This document shows, piece after piece, positions 13,434-26,700 of a DNA stretch of 60,085 nt. The notes beneath the pieces were generated by a model, which worked only from the letters and a program-made list of their open reading frames with translations, was not told where the DNA came from and made no database searches. The stretch lies in the NCBI RefSeq assembly GCF_004010195.1, contig NC_057720.1, forward strand, positions 30,193,003-30,253,087, written 5' to 3'. The DNA comes from Chiloscyllium plagiosum. Taxonomy: Eukaryota. Each line of letters opens with the position of its first letter. Within the stretch, counting starts at the first letter, position 1. The translations under genes were made by a program, and so were the position numbers.

Positions 13434-13710
13434 CCAGTTTCCCCATCGCCCCTCCCAACCTCATCCCAGATCCTACAATGCAGCACCACCCTCTTGAACT
13501 GTCTTACATGCCCATCATCCCTCCTAACTATCCCCTCCACCCTCCCCTCCAAATTATCACCGTCACTCCCCACCTGCATCTACCAATTGCTTTTCCAGCT
13601 ACCTTCCCCCCACCACTCTACTATTTTATATCTCAGTCCCCTTCCCCCACCCCCTCCCACATTCCTGATACTTGAAATGTCGGCTCTCCTTCTCCTTACA
13701 TGTTGCCTCA
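13434..13710 (+). mobile_element. Decayed PLE 3' UTR fragment
   Basis: C-rich tract similar to the Neptune-like copies at 56.1-58.6 kb; hammerhead stem II deleted (CCTGATACTTGAAATGTC). Confidence 0.55.
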
Positions 13711-13819
13711 CCTACTTTGAGACATTAAATAGAGCCTTACATCCTAAGTACAAGCTATAAAAATCAAATGAGAATTTCCAGATAACTGGAATTTACAGCA
13801 ATTTATTTTACATACTCAC

Positions 13820-13846
13820 CACCACTTCTTCTTCCTCCTCTTCATC
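13820..13846 (-). CDS. UQCRH: UQCRH coding exon 2, 27-nt acidic microexon (DEEEEEEVV)
   Basis: Pyrimidine tract plus TAG acceptor (AG at 13848-13847); GTGAGT donor at 13819; encodes the poly-Glu tract of the hinge protein; joins exons 1 and 3 in frame. Confidence 0.92.
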
Positions 13847-13911
13847 CTAAGAAGAAGCAACATGATTAGTAATACATAGGAACTGATGAATTATAAGTTA
13901 CATTACAACTA

Positions 13912-14960
13912 TGTAGAGGGTTGTTTTTCAGACTGGAGGCCTGTGACCAGTGGAGTGCCACAAGGATCGGTGCTGGGTCCTCTACTTTTTGTTATTTACA
14001 TAAATGATTTGGATGCGAGAATAAGAGGTACAGTTAATAAGTTTGCAGATGACACCAAAATTGGAGGTGTAGTGGACAGCAAAGAGGGTTACCTCAGATT
14101 ACAACAGGATCTTGACCAGATGAGTCAATGGGTTGAGAAGTGGCAGATGGAGTTTAATTCAGATAAATGTAAGGTGCTGCATTTTGGGAAAGCAAAACTT
14201 AGCAGGACTTATACACTTAATGGTAAGGTCCTAGGGAGTGTTGCTGAACAAAGAGACCTTGGAGTGCAGGTTCATAGCTCCTTGAAAGTGGAGTCGCAGG
14301 TAGATAGGATAGTGAAGGCGGTGTTTGGTATGCTTTCTTTTATTGGTCAGAGAATTGAGTACAGGAGTTGGGAGATCATGTTGCGGCTGTACAGGACATT
14401 GGTTAGGCCACTGTTGGAATATTGCGTGCAATTCTGGTCTCCTTCCTATCAGAAAGATGTTGTGCAACTTGAAAGGATTCAGAAAAGATTTACAAGGATT
14501 TTGCCAGGGTTGGAGGATTTGGGCTATAGGGAGAGGCTGAACAGACTGGGGCTGTTTTCCCTGGAGCGTCGGAGGCTGAGGGGTGACCTTATAGAGATTT
14601 ACAAAATTATGAGGGACATGGATCGGATAAATAGACCAAGTCTTTTACCTGGGATTGGGGAGTCTAGAACAAAGGGCATAGGTTTAGGGAGAGGGGGGAA
14701 AAGATATAAAAGAGACCTAAGGGGCAACTTTTTCACACAGAGGGTGGTACGGATATGGAATGAGCTGCCAGAGGATGTGGTAGAGGCAGATACAATTGCA
14801 ACATTTAAAAGGCATTTGGATGGGTATATGAATAGGAAGGGTTTGGAGGGATATGGGCCAGGTGCTGGCAGGTGGGACTAGATTGGGTTGGGATACATGG
14901 TCAGCATGTACGGGTTGGACCGAATGGTCTGTTTCCATGCTGTACATCTCTATAACTCTA
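13912..14960 (+). mobile_element. 5'-truncated young CR1 LINE with uninterrupted RT C-terminal ORF (13886..14881)
   Basis: SGVPQGSVLGP, FADD catalytic motif, LEYCVQFWSP and intact 3' tail. Confidence 0.95.
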
Positions 14961-15029
14961 TTTACATGGTACTTTTCTAAGTCACAGAATAGAACAAAAA
15001 CAGAAAGAGACATCAGGAGGGATAAAAAT

Positions 15030-15713
15030 TGAGATTTGGGAGAAGACTTTGTAGCTGTGGATCAGGTTGTAAGTTTGATCGCTAAGCTGGTAGGTTTGTT
15101 CTTAGATGTTTCATCACCATGCTAGGTAACATCAGTTAGCTTCCAGTGAAGTATTGATGTTCTATCCTGTGTGCTATTTCTGTATCTTGGTTTGTTGTAG
15201 TAGGGGATATCACTTCTGATTGTTTCTGAGAGTTTGGTAAAAGAGTTCCAAATCTATATGCTTGTTAATGGAGTTCCAGTTTGAATGCCAAGCCTCTAGG
15301 AATCCCTGCACATGTATTTGTTTAGTTTATCCCAGTCGAATTGGTATCCCTCTTCGTCTGTATGTATGGATACCAGTGATAGTCATGCCTTTTGACGCTC
15401 ACGTATCCTTGTGGCTAGCTTCCTGCCAGTTTGTCCAGGGACAGCTAAACAAAAACACACACAGGAATTCCTAGAGGCCTGGCATTCAAACCAGAACCCC
15501 ATTAACAAACATATAGATTTGGACCACATTTACCAATTCCTCAGAAACAGAGCTGGAAATTATCAGACCTACCGCAATAAACCAAGACACACAAAAAGCA
15601 AAACAGGATAGAACACCGACCCTTAACCGGAGGCTCAGTGATGATGTTTACTCACACCGTGACGAAGTGTCTGAGAACAAACCCACCAGCTCAGCAAGCA
15701 AACTTACAACCCA
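15030..15713. mobile_element. Poseidon-like PLE fragment with inverted 5' part and 12-bp TSD
   Basis: GIY-YIG C-terminal remnant QEFLEAWHSNQNPINKHIDLDHIY; inverted termini; TSD AGGGATAAAAAT at 15018-15029 and 15714-15725. Confidence 0.8.
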
Positions 15714-15987
15714 AGGGATAAAAATCTTGGTAAATGCGGTGGATTTTAAAGAGGAACCTCAGGAGAAAGTGGAAAACCTGGATATATGTCTGGTGTGCTG
15801 ACCATTATAACAGTTCCAAAAAAAGTAATTAGACTTAAAATATTTGCTCTCTCTTAACAACTTCCGCTTTTCAATTTAGAAAGGCATGATTTGTTACAGA
15901 TGGCGGAATGGTTCTTTTTTAGGTTGACAATATTATCATAGGTTACAAGAACCTTGGCTGACAAGTCATGTGGAACATCTAGTCACG

Positions 15988-16418
15988 AGGATTTGGGGGA
16001 GGGGTGCTGGGAATACGATAGGTGGAAGGAGGCGAGGGTGAGGGTGATAGGCTGGAGAGGAGATGGGGGCAGAGAGGTCGGGAAGAAGATTGAACGTGAA
16101 GAGGGCGGTGCTGAAACCGGGGTTGGGACTGGGACACCCACACCAACCAACCAACCGCCCCGTGGCTGAACACTTTAACTCGCCCTCCCACTCCGCCAAG
16201 AACATGCAGGCCCTTGGCCTCCTCCATCGCGGCCTATCACCCTCACTTCCTTCCACCTATCGTATTCCCAGCGCCCCTCCCCCAAATGCCCCCCCCCAAC
16301 CTTTTATCTCAGATCGCTTGGCACATCAACCTCATTCCTGAAGTAGGGCTTATGCCCGAAACGTCAATTCCCCTGCTCTTCGGATGCTGCCTGGCCTGCT
16401 GCACTTTTCCAGCACCTT
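15988..16418 (+). mobile_element. Neptune-like PLE fragment with internal inversion and mutated hammerhead
   Basis: PVAEHFNSPSHSAKNMQALGL; inverted repeat about 15991-16062 vs 16231-16287; core CTGAAGT-AGGGCTTATGCCC-GAAACGTC at 16338-16365. Confidence 0.8.
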
Positions 16419-16419
16419 C

Positions 16420-19400
16420 TTCGTTATCCTATCCACCAGTAACTCTACTTTCAAGGAGCTATGAACCTGCACTTCAAGGTCTCTATTCAGCAACACTTCC
16501 TAGGACCTTACCATTAAGTGTAGAAGTCCTCCTAAGATTTGCTTGCCCAAAATGCAACTGTTTAAGAAAGATAGTAAGGTCAAGCCAGGGAACTGTGGAC
16601 CATTTATTGCATTTATATAAATAAAACTCCATCTGCCACTCCTCAGCCCACTGGCTCATCCGATCTAGATCCCAATGTAATCAGAGGTAACCTTCTTTGC
16701 TGTCCACTATACCTCCAATTTTGGTGTCATCTGCAAACCTATTAACTATACCTCTTAAGCTCACATCCAAACTATTTATATAAATGACGACAAGTAGTGG
16801 ACCCAGCACCGATCCTTGTGGCACTCCACTGGTCACAGGCTTCCAATCTGAAAAACAACCCTCCTCCACCACACGGTCTTCTACCTTTGAGCCAGTTCTG
16901 TATCCAAATGGCTAGTTCTCCCTGTATTCCATGAGATCAAGCCTTGCTAACCAGTCTCCCATGGGGAACCTTGTCAAACGCCTTACTGAAGTCCACATAG
17001 ATCACATCTACCGCTCTGCCTTCATCAATCTTCTTTGCTACTTCTTCAAAAAACTCAATCAATTTTGTGTGACATGATTTCCTACGCATAAAGCCATGTT
17101 GGCTATCCCTAATCAATCCTTGCCTTTCCAAATACACATACATCCTGTCCCTCAGGATACCCTCCAACAACTTGTCCACCACAGATGTCAGGCTCACCTG
17201 TTCCCTGGATTGTCCTTACTACCTTTCTTAAACAGTGGCACCATATTAGCCAACCTCCAGTCTTCTGACACCTCACCTGTGCTATCGATGATACAAATAT
17301 CTCAGCAAGGGGCCCAGCAATCACTTCCCTAGCTTCCCACAGATTCCTAGGGTACACCTGATCAGGTCCTGGGAGTTTTACACATTTCAAGACATCCAGC
17401 ACTTCCTCCTCTGTAATATGGACATTTTTCAAGATGTCACCATCTATTTCCCTACATTCTATATCTTCCATGTCCTTTGCCACAGTAAGCACTGATGCAA
17501 AATACTCATTTAGTAACTCCCCCATCTCCTGCAGCTCCACACAAAGGCTGCCTTGCTGATCTTTGAGGGGCCCTTTTCTCTCCCTAGTTACCCTTTTGTT
17601 CTTAATGTATTTGAAAAAACCCTTTAGATTTTCCTTAACTCTTATTTGCCAAATACCGTCAAAATTGTCCTTTCTCCAATTTAGAACTTCAACTTTTAGA
17701 TCTGGTCCATCCTTTTTCCAAAACTATTTCAAAAGTAACAGAATTATAGTCACTGGCCCCCAAACTGTTCCCGCACTGACACCTCAGTCACCTGCCCTGA
17801 CTTATTTCCCAAGTGTAGGTCAGGTTTTGCACCTTCTCAGTATGTAGACGCACCTACTAGAATCAGAAAAGTTTCTTGTATATGCTTAACAAATTCCTCT
17901 CCATCTAAACCCTTAACACTATGACAGTCCCAGTCTATGTTTGGAAAGTTAAAATTCCCTACCATAACCACTCTATTATTCTTACAGATAACTGAAATCT
18001 CCTTACAAATTTGTTTCTCAATTTCCTGCTGACTATCAGGGGGTCTATAATACAATCCCAATTAGGTGATCATCCTTTTCTTATTTCCCCGTTCCACTCA
18101 AATAACTTCCCTGGATGTATTTCCGGGAATATTCTCCCTCAGTACAACTGTAATGCTGTCCCTTACCAAAAACACCACTCCCCCTCCTCTCTTGCCTCCC
18201 TTTCTTTCCTTCCTGTAGCATTTATATCTGGGAACATTAACCTGTCAGTCCTGTCCATCCCTGAGCCACGTTTCTGTAATTGCTATGATACCCCAAGTCC
18301 CATGTTTCTAACCATGCCCCGAGTTCATCCTCCTTCCCTGTCAGGCCCTTTCCATTGAAATAAATGCAGTTGAATTCATCAGTCCTACGTTGTTCTCTGC
18401 TTTGCCCTTGCCTGGCCTGACTCTTTGGCTTGCTTCTTTTCTCAACTGGACCAGTCTCGGATTGATTTCCTTCCTCACTACCTCCCTGGGTCCTCGCCCT
18501 CCCCCCACCTTACTAGTATAAATTCTCCCAAGCAGCTCTCGCAAATCCCCCTGCCAGTACATTAGTCCCCTTCCAATTCAGGTGCAATCTGTTCTTCTTA
18601 TACAGGTCACTCCTACCCAAGAAGACATTCCAATGATCCAAAAATGTGAATCCTTCTCCCATACACCAGCTCCTCAACCATGCATTCATCTGCTCTATCC
18701 TCTTATTCCTGCCCTCAGTAGCTCACAGCACTAGGAGTAATCTAGATATTATTGCTAGAGGATCTCCTTTTTACATTCCTGCCTAACTCTCCATATTCTC
18801 CCCTCAGAATCTCAACCTTTTCCCTTCCTATGTTGTTGGTTCCAATGTGTACAATGACCTCCTGCTGGCCCCTCTCCCTCTTGTGAACATTCTGCACCCT
18901 CTCCAAGATATCCTTGACCCTGGCACCAGGGAAGCAACACACCATTCTGAATTTTCACTGCTAGCCACAAACGTCAGTCTGTGCCTCAAACTAGACAGTC
19001 CCCAACACAAATCGATCTCTTGGAACCCAACGTACCCCTCATGGCATTACAGCCAGCTTCGATACCAGAAACTTGGCTGTTTGTGCTATATTCCCCTCAG
19101 AATCCAGTACCCCCATATATTTTCCAACACAGAATACTGGTTTGAAATGAGGATAGCCACAGAAGACTCCCGCACTATCTGCCTACTTCTCTTACCTTTC
19201 CTACAGTTGTAATGCTATCCCTTACCAAAAATGCCACTACCCCTCCTCTCTTGCCTCCCTTTCTGTCCTTCCTGTAGCATTTGTATCCTGGAACATTAGC
19301 CTGTCAGTCCTGTTCATCCCTGAGCCATTGCTATGATATCTCATCAATTTTACTGTATCTGAGACTTTTCTCCCTTGCTATAACTGCCATCCATCACACC

Positions 19401-20150
19401 CTCTTGTTCTGGTAAATTCGTCATTGCATCTAACTGTTGCTCCAACCGTTCCATTCGATCTGATAGGATTCACAACCAATGGCATTTATTGCAGATATGA
19501 ACCTCAATAACACAAACTCTCCCTGAACTCCTACATTTGTTAAGAGGAGCATATCACTCTACTAAGGGCCATTTTAGCTTCTTCCAATCTGCAGACCCAG
19601 AAAATAGCACCATCTTATTCTTCTATAAAACACTGCTCCAGGCTAACTTAATACTATGGCTTAAGACTCTCTCAATAAAACAATCAAGAAAGAACCCATT
19701 CTATGCAGTACTGCAGATTCCCCAAGGCCACACTTAAAACTATTCACTTATCGGTCTCAGTGCTGCGACTTCTCCCAAACAGGTTCCTCCAAGGTCAGTT
19801 GCGAATTTCACTTTGTTTATTTTCCCAGATGCACTCCGATGTCCAGTGATACATGAATTCAACAGCAAAGGCAGTAACTGCGCAGGTTCACTGCTGTGTC
19901 AGTTACCAGTGTGGGTTCTCTCGCACGTGCGCGTTTTCTCTCTCTCTCTCTCTCCCCAACTGCACTGACCTCACCATGTGCTGCCTTTGTCTGTTTTTGA
20001 CTTTTTTTTTCCTCCAAAGTTCCAAAACAATGCAATTACATATAAAACAGTAATTGCTGCTCCTGGAATTCGAGGAAACTTCCTCCAGCACTTAAAATAT
20101 CTCAGAAAAAGGAGTAGCCCGTTACAGCTAGAAATTTTTCCTGTCCTCTT
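16420..20150 (-). mobile_element. CR1 LINE: 5' UTR, ORF1 esterase, endonuclease and RT; rearranged and decayed
   Basis: VCCFPGARVKD...VHIGTNN (SGNH esterase ORF1), YYRPP/GNFNFPNIDW (APE endonuclease), DFSKAFDKVPH and FADD (RT). Confidence 0.9.
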
Positions 20151-20167
20151 GGATTACCCATAATCCT

Positions 20168-21810
20168 TGTTGGAGGTAGGGGTGCTCCTTAATGAATACT
20201 TTGCTTCAGTATTCACTATTGAGAGGGACCTTGACATTTCAGAGAACAGCGTGAAACAGACTGATATGCTAGAACAGGTCAAAGTTAGGAAAGAGGATGT
20301 GCTGAAAATTTTGAAAAACATAAGGCTGGATAAATCCCCTGGGCCAGACGGGATATACCCCAGGTTCATACAGAAAGTGAGGGAAGAGATTGTTGCGCCT
20401 TTGGTGATGATCTTTTTGTCCTCATGGTCTACTGGAGTAGTGTCAGATGATTGGAGGGTGACAAATATTATTCCCTTGTACAAGAAAAGGAAGTGGAATA
20501 ATCCTGGGAATTACAGACCAGTCAGTCTTACATCAGTGGTGGGCAAAGTACTGGAGAGGGTTCTGAGAGACAGGATTCATGATTACTTGGAAAACCAGAG
20601 TCTGATCAGAGATAGTCAGCATGACTTTGAGAAGAGTAAGTCATGCCTCACAAACCTTACTGAATTCCTTGAGGATGTGACAAAACACACTGAAGAAGGT
20701 AGAGCAGTGGATGTGGTGTAGATGGATTTTAGCAAGGCATTTGATAAGGTTCCCCATGGTAGGCTTATTCAGAATGAAAGGAGGCATGGGTTAGAGAAAT
20801 CTGGCTGCCTGGATACAGAATTGGCTGGTCCAAAGAAGTCAGAGGATGGTGGTAGATGGAAAGTATTCAGCCTGGAGCTTGACAGACAGTGGTGTTCCAC
20901 AGGGATCGGTTCTGGGACCTCTGCTCTTTGATGATTTTTATAAACGACTTAGATGAAGTAGTGGAAGGGTGGGTTAGTAAGTTTGGTGATGACAGGAGGA
21001 TTGGTGGAGTTGTGGATAGTGTGGAGGGTTGTTATAGGTTGCAACAGGCCATTGACAGGATGCAGAACGGGGCTGTTAACCGGCAGATGGAATTCAACGT
21101 GAAAAATAGTGAATGATTCATTTTGGAAGATTGCATTTTAACGCAGAATACAGGGTTAAAGGCAGGATTGTTGGCAGCTTGGAGAAACAGAGGGATCTTT
21201 GGGTCCATGCCCATAGATCCCACAAAGTTGCCACCCAAGTTCATAAAGTTAAGGAGATGTGTGGCGTGTTGGTTTTCTTTTGCAGGGGTATTGAGTTTAA
21301 GAGCTACAAGGTTATGCTGCAGCTCTACAGACCCCTGATTAGACCACACTTGGAACACTGTGTTCAGTTCTGGTCACCTCATTATAAGAAAAATGAGGAA
21401 GCTTTAGAGAGGGTGTGGAGGAGATTTACCAGGATATTGCCTGGTCTCATGACGAAAGGTTGAGGGAGCTAGGGTTTTTCCCATTGGAGCAAAGGAGGAT
21501 TAAAGGTGTACAAGATGTTGAGAGGCATAGATAAGAGTGGATAGCCAGAGACATTTCCCTATGACAGAAATGTCTATCACAGGGGGCCATAATTTTAAGG
21601 TAATTAGAAGAAGGTTTAGGGGAGATGTCAGAGATAGGTTCTTTACACAGAGTGGTGGGTGCATGGAATGCACTGCTAGCAGTGGTAGTAGGGACATTTA
21701 AGCGACTTTTGAATAGGCACATGGAAGATAGTACAATGAAGGGTATGTAGGTTGGTTTGATCTTATAGTAGGATAAACAGTTGGTACTGGGCAGTATTGT
21801 TCTACGTTCT
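20168..21810 (+). mobile_element. CR1 LINE RT region and 3' end, frameshifted
   Basis: KSPGPDGIYP, NYRPVSLTS, DFSKAFDKVPH, HCVQFWSP. Confidence 0.92.
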
Positions 21811-22049
21811 CGCATTACAATCAGCAGACCGCAACTGAAAGAAAGGCATTATTTAATAATTAGAATCACTGGCCCTGGGACCTATCCCACGAGCTGGGGG
21901 AAGCGTGCTTCCCAGCGAATAAAACCAAAGACAATGCTGAAAGAACAAGGAACAAAAGTTGAAAATGCTGCCAACACAAGTCAGTCAGTACTGCCGTCTG
22001 TCAGCAATCACCGTGACCATTTACTGAGCTGATCTGGTCTATAAAGGTA

Positions 22050-22560
22050 AACGAGCCAGACTAACGCTAACTCCGCTCATTCCCCCCCCAGCCCCGCTCC
22101 TTGAACCCAGGGTTTGCGCGCTATACAGCCGCCTCTGTCCTTGGACTCACCCCCAGCGGCCCAGCTCAGGCTTGTCCTTGGCACTCCCCTCTTCCACCAG
22201 CCACATACGACTTTCACCGCCTGGCCTCAATTTACAGACCGCTGCTCCCTGCCCCGCATTTATTTCCCGCTGCTCCCCCAGCTCCCTCTCCCCAGTCTCA
22301 CCTCAGGTCCCCCCGCCAACACCACCTCATCCTCCAAACCCATGGCGACCTTCCACTCACACCCGGGAAGAGAACAGCGCATGCGCGGCTAGCTTGTATT
22401 AACGTCACAACTAAAGACCTGAATGCTCCGTAGAAACAGATAGACCGTATTCAAAGACAGGAAATGGTTCAATGTTGTGTACTTCCGGGTGAGAGTTCCA
22501 AGACGCGGCGTCCATTCATTTAAATTAGAAACGACATGTCCGGACGGTCACCTCGTTTTG
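22050..22560 (-). promoter_or_regulatory. UQCRH CpG-rich promoter region
   Basis: Most CpG-dense non-repeat segment by eye; NRF1 palindrome GCGCATGCGC at 22377-22386, CRE-like TGACGT at 22402-22407, ETS/GABP ACTTCCGG at 22481-22488; this set is typical of nuclear OXPHOS genes. Confidence 0.8.
22302..22343 (-). CDS. UQCRH: UQCRH coding exon 1 (MGLEDEVVLAGGPE)
   Basis: Kozak-like GCC-ATG-G at 22343; resembles the human UQCRH N-terminus MGLEDE...GDPE; GTGAGA donor at 22301; phase 0; inside a CpG-rich segment. Confidence 0.93.
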
Positions 22561-22599
22561 CTAATAATAAATTACATCGTGCTTTACAAGTGCTAAACC

Positions 22600-23700
22600 A
22601 TATCTGCTGCCAAAAGTACATTGTGCTTCTGTTTTTTTATTAGTGAGTGCGACATTTAACCGAGGTGGGGTTATCTTTCGAATACAATGTTTTTACAAGA
22701 AACAAGTACGTCCCCATAATACGCAAATAGCAAAGTTGCAATTTCGTTGTAATGTTGCCAACATCAAGCTTGATTCGAATATGAAATGTTAAGTTTGTCT
22801 CCATCTGCAAAGAATCATGACTCAGCCGGATCTAATCCACGAATTATCACAAATGTGAAAATCAACACTGTAATTGTTGATATGCTTCATTTTGATTTAT
22901 GATTACCCTTACTCCGCGGTATATCGTAAGCAGTTTACTCTTGTTTTCGTGAACTCCGTCTTGGCAAGCTTCATTATCAAACCATAACTGCTTAAACAAG
23001 GCTAATGTTTTGCATGTTGTTCCCAGGCGCTCCTGTGTGTTCATCTAAATTAATGACAGATACCCTAGGAAAGAATTGAAACACAGACTTTGGAATGTAG
23101 CTGAGGTGTTTTAAACCCAAGTGGTGTCTCAACATTGATATAATATACTTGAAGTAATAAAAACTGATGATTCTTTAGCGTTTGCTGTTTGAGGTACTTT
23201 GCAGTAACCCTTCAATAGATCAATCTTTGAAAGGAATGAAGCACTGCTAACCCAATCAATACAAATTTCTAATCAAGTCATTCAGTACGAATCCGTTTTT
23301 GATACCGCACTTACTTTTCTATACAGTGTACAGAATCCAGTAAATCCATCCAGGTTAGGAGCATACATCACTATTGAATTTTAGCTGCTTTGGCTAGATA
23401 CAATCAAATCTTTTTTTTAAACATGCATTGAATCTATTTTCATGTGAGTTTGTTTATCTAGGCTCAAATGATTTTTAAAAATTGTTTTATTGACATGGAC
23501 ACTGATTGCTGTCCAATCACATCCTGCTTAATCCAAATTATACACACTGGTATCTCTCTACAGACTTCCTCGAAATTCCTAAGTAACCTTACAAGAAGAG
23601 TATCTAAGTACAATAATAAGGCATCTAATATTTCCGGTATTTCAGTATTTGATTGCAGGAAGTTCTCTTTGTGAGATATCTACCTGTCCATCAATCTCAC
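22600..23700 (-). mobile_element. Possible very old LINE ORF2 remnant
   Basis: WFDNExC...Y..L linker-like peptide (ORF 22862..23044) and a CIIWIK endonuclease-like piece near 23540; many stops. Confidence 0.35.
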
Positions 23701-23704
23701 TCTT

Positions 23705-26700
23705 AGAACATAGAACAGCACAGCACAATATAGGCCCTTAAGCCCACAATGTTGTGCCAACCATTTATCTTACTCTAAGTTCAGACCACCTGTGTACCCT
23801 TCATTGTATTATCTTCCATATACCTATCCAAGAGTCACTTAAATGTCCCTAATGTATCTGATTCTATTATTATTGCTGGCAGTGCATTCCATGCACCCAC
23901 CACTCTCTGCGTAAAAAAAAACTACCTCTGACATAGAGTCATAGAGATGTACAGTATGGAAACAGACCCTTCAGTCCAACCCGTCCATGCCACCAGATAT
24001 CCCAATCCAATCTAGTCCTACCTGCCAGCACCCGGTCCATATCCAAGACATCACCCCTAAACCTTCCACTAACCACCTTAAAATTATGGCCCCTTGTAAT
24101 AGACATTTCCGCCATAGGAAAAAGTCTCTGGCTATCCACTCTAACTGTGCCTCATCATCTTGTGTACCTTTGTCAAGTCACCTCTCATCCCTCTTTGATC
24201 CAATGAAAAAAGCCCTAGCTCCCTTAACCTTTCTCCATAAGACATGCCCTACAGTCTGGGCAGCATCCTGGTAAATCTCCTCTGCACCCTCTCTAAATCT
24301 TCCACATCCTTCCCACAATGAGGCGACTAGAACTCAACACAATGTTTCAAGTGTAGCTTTATAGAGCTGCAGCGTAACCTCACAGCTCTTAAGCTCAATA
24401 CTCTGCAAATGAAAGCCAACACACTATACGCCTTCTTAACAACCCAACCAACTTATGTGGCAACTTTAAAGGATCTATGGACATAGATCTGAAGATCCCT
24501 CTGTTCCTCCACATTACCAAGAATCCTTGCCTTTAACCCTGTATTCTGCATTCAAATTTTACCTTCCAAAGTGAATGGCTTCACTCTTTTCCAGGTTGAA
24601 TTCCACCTGGCACCTATCAGCCCAGTTCTGCATCATGTCAATGTCCCGTTGCAACCTACAATAGCCCTCCCTACCATCTACCACTCCACCAACCTTCATG
24701 TCATCAGCAAACTTATTAACCCATCCTTCCACTTCCGCATCCAAGTCTTTTTAAAAATCACAAAGAGCAGAGATCCCAGAACCGATCCTTGAGGAACACC
24801 AGTGACCACTAAGCTCCAGGCTGAATACTTTCCATCTACTACCACCCTGTCTTCTATGCACCAGCCAATTAAGTATCTCGACAGCCAGATTTCCCTGTAT
24901 TTCATGCCTCCTCACTTTCTGAATGAGCCTACCATGGAGAACCTTATCAAATGCCTTGCTAATATCCATGTACACCACATCCATTGCTCTGCCTTCATCT
25001 TCATCACTGTGTTTTGTCACATGCTCAAAGAATTCAAGAAGGCTTGAGGCATAACCTGCTCCTCACAAAGTCATGCTGACAATCTCTAATCAAATGATAG
25101 TTTTACAAGTAATCATAAATCCTCTTAGAATCCTCTCCAACACTTTACCCACCACTGACGTGAGACTGACTGGTCTGTAATTCTCAGGATGATCTCTATT
25201 CCCTTTATTCAATAAGCAAATAACATTTGCCAACCTCCAATCATCTGGCACTACTCCAGTCGACAATGAGAATACAAAGATCATTGCCAAAGGTCCAGCA
25301 ATCTCTTCCCTCGCTTCCTGTACTAACCTAGGGTAAATCCCATCTGGCCCAGGAGACTTTTCTTTCCTCATAATTTTCAAATTTTTCAGAACATCCTCCT
25401 TTTTAACATCAACCTGTTCAAGCATATCAGTCTGTTTCATGTTGTCCTCAGAAATGTCAAAGTACCGCTCAGTAGTGAATACTGAAGCAAGGTATTCATT
25501 AAGGAATTCCCCTACCTCCTCTGACTGTAGGCGTAAGTTCCCTCCACTAGCCCTGATCAGCCCTGCCATCATGCTGGCCATCCTCTTGTTCCTCACATAA
25601 ATGTAGAATGCCTTAGGGTTTAGGTTAGATTACTTATAGTGTGGAAACAGGCCTTCAGCCCAACAAGTCCACACCAACCCTCTGAAGACCAACCCACCCA
25701 GACCCATTCCCCCTACATTTACCCCCTCACCTAATACTACAGGCAATTTAGCATGGTCAATTCACCTAACCTGCACATTTTTGGACTGTGGGAGGAAACC
25801 GGAGCAAACCCACACAGACATGGGGAGAATGTGCAAACTCCACACAGACAGTTGCTTGAGGCAGGAATTGAACTCAGGTCACTGGTGCTGTGAGGCAGCT
25901 GTGCTAACCTCTATGCCACTGTGCCGCCGGTTTTCCTTAATCCTAACCGCTAAAGCTGCTTCATGCCTCCTTTTAGCTCTGCTAAGTCCATTCTTCAGTT
26001 CCTGGCTACCTTGTGACCCTCTAGATCCCTGTCTGATCCTTGCCTCCTCAATCTTAAGCAAGCTTCCTTCTTCCTCTTGACTAGACCTTCCACATCCCTT
26101 GTCACCCAAGGTTCTTTCAACCTACCATCCCTTCCTTGCCTCAGTGGGACAAACCTGTCCAACACTAACAGCAAATGCTCCCTGAACAACCTCCACATTT
26201 GTCATGCATTTCCCTGAGAATATCTGTTCCTAATTTAGGTGCCCCAGTTCCTTCCTAACAGCATTGTAATTTCCCCCTCTCCCAATTAAATACTTTCCCA
26301 TATTGTCTGGTCCTATCCCTCTTCATGAGTATAATAAGGGTCAGGTAGTTTTGATCACTATCATCGAAATGCTTTCCCATTGTGAGATCTGACATCTAGC
26401 ATGGTTTGTTGCCAAACACCAAAGCCAATATGGCCTTCCCACATATGGAGTCATGCACCCTTCCCAGACACACCTGACAAAATCTGCTCCATCGCAACTA
26501 TTTGAACTGAGGAGGTTCCAATCAATATTAGGGAAGTTAAAGTCACCCATAACAACAATCCTGTTACTTCTGCACCTTTCCAAAATTTGCCTCCCAAACT
26601 GCTCCTCTCTGTCTCTGTTGCTACTGGGGAGTCTGTAGAAAAGTCCCAATAAAGTGACTGCTCCTTTCCTGTTTCAGACTTCTACCCATACAGACTCTAT

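Noticed and set aside
13886..14881. Longest ORF (331 aa) as a host or domesticated gene
   Set aside because: It is the 5'-truncated CR1 RT C-terminus with a normal LINE tail. The ATG comes from flanking intron and many near-identical decayed copies are in the window.
6472..22301. Intronic snoRNA or miRNA in UQCRH introns
   Set aside because: No convincing C/D or H/ACA box pair with terminal stems seen by eye. An Infernal/Rfam scan would be needed to exclude one.
22560..23700. LRRC41 first exons divergent from UQCRH
   Set aside because: The plus-strand frames I translated are closed and unlike LRRC41. The region looks more like an old minus-strand LINE.
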